Of a stretch of DNA of 45,642 bases, positions 1-9,618 are shown piece after piece (position 1 is the first letter of the stretch; every line of letters starts with the position of its first letter). A program made the translations under genes and the position numbers. Source of the stretch: an uncultured Candidatus Rokubacteria bacterium (GTDB lineage: Bacteria > Methylomirabilota > Methylomirabilia > Rokubacteriales > CSP1-6); NCBI GenBank assembly GCA_963762145.1, contig CAVXJS010000002.1, forward strand, positions 1-45,642, read 5' to 3'. The notes under the pieces are model-generated. The model had not been told where the DNA came from and did not search any database. It was given only the letters and a program-made list of their open reading frames with translations.

Positions 1-1419
1 GCCGCGAGAACGCCACGAAGGGATCGTGACCGCGCAGGTGCTGGCGCAGCCCGGGCGACAGGAGCGCCGCCTTCTCCTCGTCCCGCAGCAGGCACAGGTC
101 GGCGAAGTAGGCGCGCTCGAACGTGGTGCCGAGATTCTGCAGCACGTAGCGCGCGCGCAGGGGCCGCGGCAGCCAGTCCGCCTTGGGGTAGACGCGGCCG
201 AGGGGGCCGAGCACGACCGTGGCGCACCCACTCCGGGCAGCCGACCCGCGCATCCGGACCTCCGACCGGTTCATGCCCGTAGCGCCGCTGGTAGCCCGCG
301 AAGACCTCGTCGCCGCCGTCGCCGGACAGGGCCACGGTGACCCGCTCGCGGGCGGCCTTGGCCACGTAATAGGTCGGCAGCGCGGAGGAGTCGGCGAACG
401 GCTCGTCCAGGTGCCAGGCGAGCGCGGCAGTATCTCCGCCGCCTTCGGCTCGGACCATCGACCTCGTGGTGGTCGCTCCCCACCGCCTGGGCCACCGCGC
501 GCGCGTGCTCGCAGCTCGTTGAAGGCGCTGCTCGCGAAGCCGACGCTGGTGGTGACCACGGGCCGGTCGGACAGCCGGGCCATGGCCTCGACCACCGCGC
601 TCGAGTCGACCCCGCCGCTCAGGAAGGCGCCGAGCGGCACGTCACTGACCAGGCGAGCGCGAACCGCCTTCGTCGAACACGGCGCCGAGCTCCTCGAGCG
701 CCTGGCGCTCCGATCGCTCGACCGTCGCGCCCGTGCGGCGACATCCCAGTACTCGGCGACCGTGGATCCCGCCGCTCTCCCACACGAGGTAGTGCGCGGG
801 CGGGAGCTGAGACACGTCCTGGAAAATCGTCAACGGCGCCGGGACCGCGCCCAGCGAGAGATAGGCGTCGAGCGCCTCCAGGTTGACCGCGCGCTTGAGC
901 GACGGGTCCTGGAGCAGAGCCTTGAGCTCGGAGCCGAACAGCGAGCCGCGTCGCCGTCCTGGCGGTAGTAGAGCGGCTTCTTGCCGACGCGGTCGCGGGC
1001 CAGCAGCAGCCGCCGCGCCGCGTCGTCCCAGAGCGCGAAGGCGAACATGCCGCGCAGCCGCGCCACGCAGCGGGCGCCGAACTCCTCGTAGGCGTGCACG
1101 ATGACTTCGGTGTCCGAGCGCGTCGGCGAAGCGATGGCCGCGCGCCTCGAGCTCGGCGCGCAGCTCCTGGAAATTGTAGATCTCGCCGTTCAGGATGACC
1201 GCCATGCGTCCCGTCCTCGTTGAAGATCGGCTGGTCGCCGGTCGACGAGGTCGATGATGCTCAGCCGCCGGTGACCCAGCGCGGCCCCGGGCCAGACGTG
1301 GCAGGCCGCTCGGCGTTCGGGCCCGCGATGCGCCAGGGCGCGTGGTCATCCGGTCCAGCAGATCCCGGTCGAGCGGATAGCGTCGGGTCGGCGTGGACGA
1401 TACCCGCGATGCCGCACAT
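1..1419 (-). CDS. asnB: Asparagine synthase (glutamine-hydrolysing)-like amidotransferase, copy 3; runs off left edge; multiple frameshifts
   Basis: ATG at 1419 gives MCGIAGIV (Ntn Cys1). Fragments across frames read [43 protein letters not shown] and LSGGVDSS. Frame breaks are most likely sequencing indels. Confidence 0.85.
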
Positions 1420-1421
1420 GG

Positions 1422-2566
1422 CTAGGCGGCCTGCCCGGAGGCGCGCCCGGAGCGACACAGGGACGAGTAGAGGTCGGTGTGGGCCTGGGCCATGCGCTCG
1501 AGCCAGAAGTGCTGCAGCACGCGCTCCCGCCCCGCCTTGCCGTGCGAGCCCGAAGGTGAGGATCGGAGACATAGCTCCGGAGCGCGACCTCCAGGGCCGC
1601 CGGATCCGCCGCGGGAACCAGCCGACCGGTGACGCCGTCCTCGACCAGCTCCGGGTTGCCGCCCACGTCGGTGGCCACCACCGGCAGCCCGGTCGCCATC
1701 GCCTCGAGCACCGTGTTGGACATGCCCTCGGCGATCGGAAGGCAGGGAGAACACGTCGAAGCCGGGGAGGAGCCGGGGCACGTCGAGCCGCTCGCCGCAG
1801 GAGCCGACGCGCGCCGCTCGAGCCCGAGCGCGGCCGATCTCGCTGCTCGAGCGCCGCCCGCCACGGCCCGTCGCCGACGATCACGGCCAGCGCGGTCGGG
1901 TACCGGGCGCGCGACGCGCGCGAACGCGCGTGAGGAGACCGAACTGGTCCTTCACCGGGTCCAGCCGGCCCACCGTGCCGATCGACGACGCTCTCGTGCG
2001 GGAGGTCGAGCGCGGCGCGCGCGGCGGTGCCGTGCCTCACCTCGCGAAACGGGCGGTGTCGACGCCGTTGTGGATCGTCACGACCTTGCGCGCGGGGATT
2101 CCGACCCGCTCCGACGAGCCAGCGCTCGCAGGTCGTGCGATACCGCGACGAAGCGCGATGACCAGCGGCGACAGGAGCTCGCCGGATCCGGTTGCGCCGC
2201 GGGTTGCAGCCCCTCGGGATCGACGATCTCGCGGCCGTGCTCGCCGTGGATCACGACGCGGACGCCGCGCCAGCCGGGCCGCGACGACCGCGTCGAAGGC
2301 CCCCCAGTTCCGGGAGTGGACGATGTCGGGCCGGAGCCGCGCGGAAGAGGCGGCGAGCCGCCGATGGCCCGCACGTCGATCGCCCGGCCGCTTGTCCACG
2401 GCAGGACGCGCCACGCCGGCGGGCAGCCGCGCCGCGAGCGGGCCGGTGCCGGTGATCGCGACCACGGTGTGGCGGAACCGTCGCGGAGCGCATCGACGAC
2501 GTTGACGACGCCGTTCTCCGTGCCGCCGACCTCGAGCGAGTGGAGACGTGGACGACGTGCGATCAC
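1422..2566 (-). CDS. GT4 glycosyltransferase (TIGR03088-like, XrtA/PEP-CTERM EPS type); frameshifted
   Basis: GTG at 2566 overlaps the upstream TGA. Fragments: [69 protein letters not shown] (EX7E). Stop at 1422. Confidence 0.8.
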
Positions 2567-4464
2567 CGGTCCACCACCGCCGCGCCCATTCCTCGAAGCA
2601 CGAGCAGCGCCCAGATCTGGGTCGAGCGGTCGCGGGCGCCGCGCCCGATGCTCGTCGAGGAGCGCCTGCACCGCGCCCGGGTCGAAGACGCCGCGATCCC
2701 GCGCCCGGCGGTCGAGGAGCACGTCGCGCGTGTAGTCGGCCAGCTCGCGCCGGAACCACGCCGCGAGCGGCACCCCGAAGCCCATCTTGCGGCCGGCTCA
2801 AGCACGTCGCGCGGGGAGGGCGTCGGCCATGGCACGCTTCAGAGATCGGCCTTGCCCGGTCCCGTCGCGGAGCTTCAGGCGCGTCGGCATCGTCGCCACG
2901 AACTCCATCAGCCGTGGTCGAGCAGCGGCACCCGCGACCTCGAGCGATACCGGCATGCTCGTGCGGTCGACCTTGGTCAGGATGTCCTCGGGCAGATAGG
3001 TCTGGACGTCGAGCGTACTGGAGCGTCGAGACGTAGTCGGGCGCGCCTGCCGCCGCGGCCAGCCGCCGGAAGTCGCCGGCGGCGTCGCCCATCGAGCGCG
3101 ACCTGGGCGCGCGCGTCCGCGGCGAGGAGGCGCCGGAGCCCGTCGGCGCTGCGCGGCGACCATGCGGAAGTAGCGCTCGATCGGGTCGGCGCCGAGCAGC
3201 TCGAGGTAGCCGCTGGCCCGCGCGCGCCCCGCGGCAGCAGCCGGGCGCCGCAGGCCGGAGCAGCGGGCGCGCGAGCCGGCCGGGGCCGCGGTCCAGCCGG
3301 CCGTGCAGGGCCTGCGGCGCGCGCGTACCGGCGGTAGCCGGCGAAGTTCTCGTCGCCGCCGTCGCCGGACAGCGCCACCGTGACGTGCTCGCGCGTGATC
3401 TTCGACACGTAGTAGGTCGGGCATCGCCGAGGAGTCGGCGAACGGCTCGTCGAACTGCCGGGCCGAGCCGCGGCAGCACCTCGAGGGCGTCGGGCTTGAC
3501 CACGAACTCGCGAGTGCTCGGTGCCGTAGCGCGCGGCGACCTGCCGGGCGTAGCGCGAGCTCGTCGAAGTCGGCCTCGTCGAAGCCGATCGAGAACGTGC
3601 GGACCGGCGCCGGCGCGGCGCTGGGCCATGAGCGCGACCACCGTGCTCGAGTCGAGCCCGCCGGAGAGGAACGCGCCGACCGGCACGTCGGCGACCATGT
3701 GCCACCGGACGCGTCCGGCGAGATGCGCGCGCAGCCCCTCCACCCATTCGGCCTCGCTCCGCCGCTCGTCGGGCGCGAACCGGAGGTCCCAGTACCGACT
3801 GGATCTCCGGCGTCGCCGCCGGTCGAGCGCGAGCACGAGGTAGGCAGGCCGGGGGCAGCTTCCGGATCGTGCGCGGAAGATCGTGCGGGGGCTCGGCACG
3901 TAGTGAAGGCGAGGTAGTCGCGGAGCGGCGTCCCAGTCGAGCTCGCGCGGCACCGCCGGGTCCTGGAGCAGCGCCTTGATCTCGGAGCCGAACAGCGAGG
4001 CGGCGGCCGTCCCAGGCGTAGACCAGCGGCTTGATGCCGACGCGGTCCCGGGCGAGGAACAGGCGCGCGCCGGCGGCCGTCCCAGATCGCGAAGCGCGAA
4101 CATGCCGCGCAGCCGCCCGAGGCACTCCGACCCCGAACGCCTCGTAGGCGCGCAGGATCACCTCGGTGTCCGACGTCGTGCGGAACGCTGGCCCTCGGGC
4201 CTCGAGCTCCGCGCCGGAGCTCGCGGAAGTTGTAGATCTCGCCGTTGAAGACGATCCACGACCGGTCCGTCGACGCTCGCCATCGGCTGGTCGCCGGTCG
4301 CCAGGTCGATGATGGCCAGCCGCCGGTGGCCAAGCCCGACCGCGCCGTCGAAAGAATCCGTCGCCGTCGGGGCCGCGGTGGGCGAGGCACGTCGTCATCG
4401 CCTCGAGCGGCTGCTCGCCCACGACGTTGCCGTCACGCCTCAGGATGCCGGTAATGCCGCACAT
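2563..4464 (-). CDS. asnB: Asparagine synthase (glutamine-hydrolysing)-like amidotransferase, copy 2; frameshifted
   Basis: MCGITGIL start at 4464; [61 protein letters not shown] and GFGVPL spread over three frames. Confidence 0.88.
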
Positions 4465-4469
4465 GGCTC

Positions 4470-5789
4470 TCAGGCCTTCACGAGCGTAGCGGGAGCGGGC
4501 AACGCCGGCGTGCCCGGCGCGTCCGCCGCCGCGTCGGCCACCGGGGCGTTGGCGAGCACCTTGAGGATCACGGTGATGGCCACCAGGTGGTAGAACAGGT
4601 CGAAGTACGACATGCTCAGGAATGTCCCGCTGACGATGAAGCCGGCGACGCTCACCTCGACCATCTGAGCACAGCTGCAGATCCACTGCTGCGCGGGGTT
4701 CTTGCGGGTCCGCCAGATCAGCCGCCGCAGACTCAACAGCGTCGACACCAGCAGCGCGACGTAGAGGGTGAGGCCGGTGAATCCGTGCTCTCCGAGGACC
4801 TGGAAGTAGATACTGTGCGCGTCGTGCTCGGAGCCTGGCAAACCGGTAGCCCGGCATGTACAGGTTGTAGATCTCCTCCGAGAACGTCCGGAAACCGCCT
4901 CCCATCACCGGGTATTCCTTCGCGAGCTGGAACGCCACGAACCAGGAGTTCAAGCGTTGATTTGCGGACAGATCCTCCTTGTACGTCTCGATGGTCTCCA
5001 TCCGCTGCGTCCACCCCTCCGGCATGACCGTCGGCAGGACCATGATCGCGAGGAGCAGTAGCGGGAGGAGAATGAACCGAGCCCGGCTCTTGAGAAAGAG
5101 CGGGGAACGACCACCGCCAGTCCAAGCAAGGCACCACGGGAGTAGGTGGACAGGCTCGCGATGATGGACAGGATGGCGACCGCGAGGAGGGCCCGACGCC
5201 GCCAGAAGCGCTGTTCCTGACGCTGGAGATACACCAGGAGAGGGATCACCATGTTGAGGGCCAGGCCGATCTCGGTATTCCCGGAGAGAAACGAGTCCGG
5301 CGGGCCCAGCACCCGATGCTGAGCGCCGGTCATGAGGGCGAATATCCCACCCTTCAAACCGTAGAAGCCGATCGAGCCGGCGATGACCCAGATCAGCATC
5401 TGGAGCCGGCGGGCGTCCTGGAACACGGCGATACGGTCACGAACGCGCCCAGCAGGATCTTGGAGATCTTGATGAAATGAGTCCAGGCATCCTCCGGGTA
5501 GAACGCGAACATCGTGGTGACCAGGAACCAGCCCCAGAGCATCAGGAGAAGAAACACCTCGCTCGACGCGGGCAGCCCCTTCTTCTCCCGGGTGAACAGG
5601 AAGCCCAGCAGGGTCGCGGCCATGACCAGGAACGCGAACGGCAGGTGGTAGGCGAAGCCGTACGTCAGCCGGTGCGGGTTCATGTAGCCGATCCAGGACC
5701 ACGTCAGGATCCCAGACCCACGGGTGGAGCAGGGACACCGGAAGCAGGCCCAGAATGACGGCGGTGACCGCGAAGTCGCGCCCGATCAT
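4470..5789 (-). CDS. O-antigen ligase/Wzy-like membrane protein (putative O-glycosylation ligase, exosortase A system-associated, TIGR03097-like); frameshifted
   Basis: Hydrophobic segments with [42 protein letters not shown] and [14 protein letters not shown] (Wzy_C His motif). Frame changes near 5712, 5430, 5100 and 4840. Confidence 0.82.
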
Positions 5790-6301
5790 GAGTCAGGATC
5801 TCGGCGGGATGCGCCTCGCGCGCTTGCGCACAACGGCAACAGGACCTCCGCCTGTCTCAGCGCCGACATCGCGGCACGGAGCTCGCGCGCGGCAAGACCT
5901 ATCCACTCGTCCTTGACCGGCGAGTCGAAGAACGTATCCACCGGCCGGCGTATCGTGTGCCACGCCAAGGTGACCTTGGCCTCCTGCAGGTCCAGCATGG
6001 GATCCGGGGCCTTCAACCGAGCCCTCCGGTCCTTCAGATTCCCGAGGGCCATTCGCACCTGCCGATACATCGTGTCGAGAACCTTCTGGGTGGCGGCGGG
6101 GTTGGCGCTCGCGCCGGCACCTTCCAGGCTGGCTCTCGCCCGCTCGCCTAGCCCGATCGCCTCCCGTACCTGGCATCCGATCACGCTCAGATCCGTACTG
6201 ACGATGGCATTCGGCAAGCCGTCGCTGGACGCCGCCGCGCTGGCTTCCGAAAGCCACACCAGGGCGGTGACCAGGATTACCGCGATTCGTTTGGCTGACA
6301 T
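5786..6301 (-). CDS. Hypothetical exported protein, 171 aa, predicted helical
   Basis: Co-oriented, fills the gap between operon genes; purine-rich RBS (GAGAGAGGG); signal-peptide-like MSAKRIAVILVTALVWLSEASAA; ATGA overlap with the ligase start. Confidence 0.7.
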   Translation of the reverse strand: MSAKRIAVILVTALVWLSEASAAASSDGLPNAIVSTDLSVIGCQVREAIGLGERARASLEGAGASANPAATQKVLDTMYRQVRMALGNLKDRRARLKAPDPMLDLQEAKVTLAWHTIRRPVDTFFDSPVKDEWIGLAARELRAAMSALRQAEVLLPLCASARGASRRDPDS

Positions 6302-7551
6302 GCCGCCCTCTCTCTCACCGGCCGCGTACGGGCCCCGTGAGCCGTCAAGGTCTCCTCGTATACCTGCTCGACCAGCCGTGCGTGAGCCGCCGGCGAAAAC
6401 CGCGCGGTAGCCTGGATCCGGGCACTGTTCCCCAGACGTTGCGCCAGCTGGCGACTGGTCAACAACTCAATGATACGCTGCGCGAGTTTTTCCGGGTCTC
6501 CCGAAGGCACGAGAAATCCGGTTTCGCCATCCTCGATTATCTCGATGGGTCCTCCCAGCCGACTGGCCACGACCGGCTTCCCCATCGCCATGCCCTCCGC
6601 GATCACGCGGCCGAACGGCTCGGGCTTGACCGAGGCGTGAACGACCACGTCCAGGAGCTGGATCAGCTCCGGAATGTCCTTCCGGAATCCGGTGAAGACC
6701 GTCCGGGGAGCGATCCCGAGGTCTCGGGCCAGGCCCATCAGCTCGTCCCGGTATGCGGTGCTGCCATCCGGCACCTCACCGATCACCACCGCCCGAGCGG
6801 CGGGCAGTGCCCGCAGCACCAGCTGGGCCGCCCGCAAGAACACGTCGTGGCCCTTCCACTTGAGCAGCGTGCCCGGAATGCCGAACGTGAGCTCGCCGGC
6901 CTCGATCCCGAGCTCCCGGCGCTGCGCCGACGCGTCGACCCCCGGATGGAAGCGCTCCACATCGATCGGGGGGTAGATGACCTTGATACGGTCCCGATGG
7001 AGGCCGAGCCCGAGGAGAACCCCTTTCGTGGCCTCGGAGTTCGCGACGTACGCATCCACGAACCGGGAGATGAACCGAACGGTGGGCGAGTTCCACTCGG
7101 TGCCCCGCTGGTACGCGATCAACGGGACCCGGAGCCACTTCGCCAGAAGCACCGCCCGCACATCGAGGCCATTGTTGTGATGGATGACGTCGATCCGGCC
7201 ACCCCGGGCCAGCCGGCGCAGGCGGCACACGTACGGCAGGATCACTGCCGGAACGTCCATGGCCGCCACCATCCCGGTGGCCATCCGATGCGGGAGCCGC
7301 GGATATCGGGCCGTGCGAGTGAGCAGCGACCGGACCACGGGCAGCGACTTCAGGCTGTTTCGCCACGGCACCACCGAGATGGGAATGGACGGGCCCAGCG
7401 CCTCCTGGAGGTACCTCTTCTGGTTGGCCAGAGACACGACCACGTGGGGCGCGTACCGGCTCCGGTCGAGCTGTCCGAGAAGCGTGGTCAGGCTCATGGT
7501 GGAGCCCGACAGCCCGATGCTGTTCTCGATGAACAGCACGTTGCGCGGCAC
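6277..7551 (-). CDS. GT4 glycosyltransferase
   Basis: Likely GTG start (VPRNVLFIENSIGLSGS) after GGAG; WKGHDVF, FTGFRKDI, EPFGRVIAEGMAMGKPVV (EX7E). The ORF-track extension to 8148 overlaps wzt and is not credible. Confidence 0.88.
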   Translation of the reverse strand: MPRNVLFIENSIGLSGSTMSLTTLLGQLDRSRYAPHVVVSLANQKRYLQEALGPSIPISVVPWRNSLKSLPVVRSLLTRTARYPRLPHRMATGMVAAMDVPAVILPYVCRLRRLARGGRIDVIHHNNGLDVRAVLLAKWLRVPLIAYQRGTEWNSPTVRFISRFVDAYVANSEATKGVLLGLGLHRDRIKVIYPPIDVERFHPGVDASAQRRELGIEAGELTFGIPGTLLKWKGHDVFLRAAQLVLRALPAARAVVIGEVPDGSTAYRDELMGLARDLGIAPRTVFTGFRKDIPELIQLLDVVVHASVKPEPFGRVIAEGMAMGKPVVASRLGGPIEIIEDGETGFLVPSGDPEKLAQRIIELLTSRQLAQRLGNSARIQATARFSPAAHARLVEQVYEETLTAHGARTRPVRERAACQPNESR

Positions 7552-7589
7552 CGCCACTCCGGATCCCGTCGAGCGGGGGTGGGCAGCGC

Positions 7590-8822
7590 TCAAAGAATCT
7601 CCCACCGATGCGGGTAGTTGACGTGCCCGCTGATCTCCCGGGAGGCGATACTCGGCCCCTCGACGATCATGATGGCCGCGCGCTTCCGGTAGTCGTGGTA
7701 CCGCTGGATGTGCTCGTCGCGGACGTGCACGTTGACCGTGTAGTCGCCCTTCAGGAATAGCAGCGGTTGCAGGACGAGCCGGACCCGCCCCTCCTCCTGG
7801 CTCGTGTCGATCTTGACCGCGTCGAAGCGAGTCGTCACGCCCCCCAGGAAGTGCCCGTGGGCGTCCTGGATCGTCACCTCGAAGACCGGGTCGGGTACCG
7901 CCCGCTGGACGGTGTAGGCGATCTCCACGCAGGCGGACTCCGCCGTCTCGAACACCTGCCGGGCCCGGCCCTCCCGATCGCACAGCGTCACGGTGTCGAT
8001 CCGGATCGGCCGGTCGGCGTCGGTCATCGCCTGAGAGACCGACTCGCTCGGGTCCTCGGACGTGAGCTGCTCCCGCACCGACTTGAGGTACTCGTCCACC
8101 ACCTTCTCCGGCTCCCCGTAGGCGGCGACCCGTCCTCCCTGCATCCACAGCACCTTCTTGGAATGCTGGACGATGTTCGCCATGTTATGGGACACCAGAA
8201 CGATGGTCTTGTCCTGCTCCTTGAGCTCGGCGAGCTTGTTGAGACACTTCGTCTGGAACGAGGCGTCGCCCACCGCGAGCACTTCATCGATCAGGAGGAT
8301 CTCCGGATCGACGTGCACCGCCACCGCGAAGCCGAGCTTCACCTGCATGCCAGACGAGTAGTACTTGATCGGCGTGTCGATGAACCGATCGATCTCCGCG
8401 AACGCGATGATCCGGTCGAGCTTCGACTCGATCTCCCGTCGCCGCATGCCGAGAATCGAGCCGTTGAGATAGATATTGTCCCGCCCGGTCAACTCGGGGT
8501 GAAAGCCGGCCCCGATCTCGATGAGTGCCCCGACCCGGCCGCGGGCGGAGAAGGACCCCGACGTCGGCGCGGTGACGCGCGAGAGAATCTTCAGCAACGT
8601 GCTCTTGCCGGCCCCGTTGGAGCCGATGAACCCCACGACGTCGCCTCGCTCCATCTCGAAGGACACGTCCTTCAGGGCCCAGTAGACATCCTGTTCGGAC
8701 TTCTCCCGCCGGACGAGCCGCTTGAGGCTGGCGGCCAGCTCCGTACGGAGCGAGCCGTGCCAGCCCCGATGCAGGCGGTATCGCTTCGAGACTTTATCGA
8801 CACTGACCGTCACATCAGGCAT
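7590..8822 (-). CDS. wzt: Polysaccharide ABC transporter ATP-binding subunit with C-terminal Wzt_C-like domain
   Basis: WALKDVSF, Walker A GSNGAGKST, GAGFHPELTGRDNI, signature YSSGM, Walker B LLIDEVLAVGD, VSH; about 160-aa beta-rich C-terminal extension. Confidence 0.93.
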   Translation of the reverse strand: MPDVTVSVDKVSKRYRLHRGWHGSLRTELAASLKRLVRREKSEQDVYWALKDVSFEMERGDVVGFIGSNGAGKSTLLKILSRVTAPTSGSFSARGRVGALIEIGAGFHPELTGRDNIYLNGSILGMRRREIESKLDRIIAFAEIDRFIDTPIKYYSSGMQVKLGFAVAVHVDPEILLIDEVLAVGDASFQTKCLNKLAELKEQDKTIVLVSHNMANIVQHSKKVLWMQGGRVAAYGEPEKVVDEYLKSVREQLTSEDPSESVSQAMTDADRPIRIDTVTLCDREGRARQVFETAESACVEIAYTVQRAVPDPVFEVTIQDAHGHFLGGVTTRFDAVKIDTSQEEGRVRLVLQPLLFLKGDYTVNVHVRDEHIQRYHDYRKRAAIMIVEGPSIASREISGHVNYPHRWEIL

Positions 8823-8834
8823 GCGTTGGCTCCG

Positions 8835-9618
8835 TTAGATGACGTCGGCGAAGGTGCCTTCGGCCCGCTTGAAGAACACGTACCCGACCGCTAGCAGGAC
8901 GAGGGTGATCACGGTGGCAACCGCCAGGGCTCGAAGGTCCGGCGGCTGTCCGTGCAGGATCACGCGGCGGTATCCGTCGATGATCGGCGTCATCGGGTTG
9001 AGCTCGTAGTACGGAAGGAGTCGCGCGGGAACGACGGACAGGGGATAAGCGACCGGGGTGGCGAACATCCAGAGCTGGAGCAGCAGCGGGATCCCATGGC
9101 CGATGTCGCGTAGCGTGACGTGCACCGCCGACGTGAAGCACACCACCGCCAGCGCGAACAGCGTCTGCACCGCGAGCAGCACCGGCACCCAGAACACCGT
9201 CATCGGCACCGGAATGTGATAGTAGCCCATCATCACCCCGAAGATGACCCCGGCGATCGCCAGATCGAGTCCGGCCGCCAGCAGAATGGAGACCAGAAGC
9301 GTCTCACGCGGAAAGTAGATCTTCCGGACCAGGTTGCTATTCGCCACGATCGCGGCGGTGCCCTGAGACACCGCGGTCGCGAAGAAGGTCCAGAAGATGA
9401 GACCCGAGTACGAAAAGATCGGGATAGGGAACGCCGTCGGAGGGAACCTGGGCGAAGCGGGAAAACACGAGCGTGAAGACCACCATCAGCGAGAAGGGCT
9501 GGAGCACGGCCCAGGCCGCGCCGAGCGCCGTCTGCTTGTAGCGGGCCTTGATATCCCGCACCGCGAAGCTCAGGGTAAGGTCCTTGTGCTCCCAGAACTC
9601 GGAGAGATAGGTGCGCAT
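8835..9618 (-). CDS. wzm: Polysaccharide ABC transporter permease; one frameshift near 9422
   Basis: MRTYLSEFW...RDIKARYKQTALGAAWAVLQP, LVRKIYFPRE, RDIGH, FATPVAYP, LNPMT, FADVI*. An extra C in a CCC run breaks the frame. Confidence 0.9.

Noticed and set aside
961-968. ops-like GGCGGTAG (also near 3330)
   Set aside because: Inside coding sequence and on the strand opposite to transcription; no such element was seen in the operon leaders.
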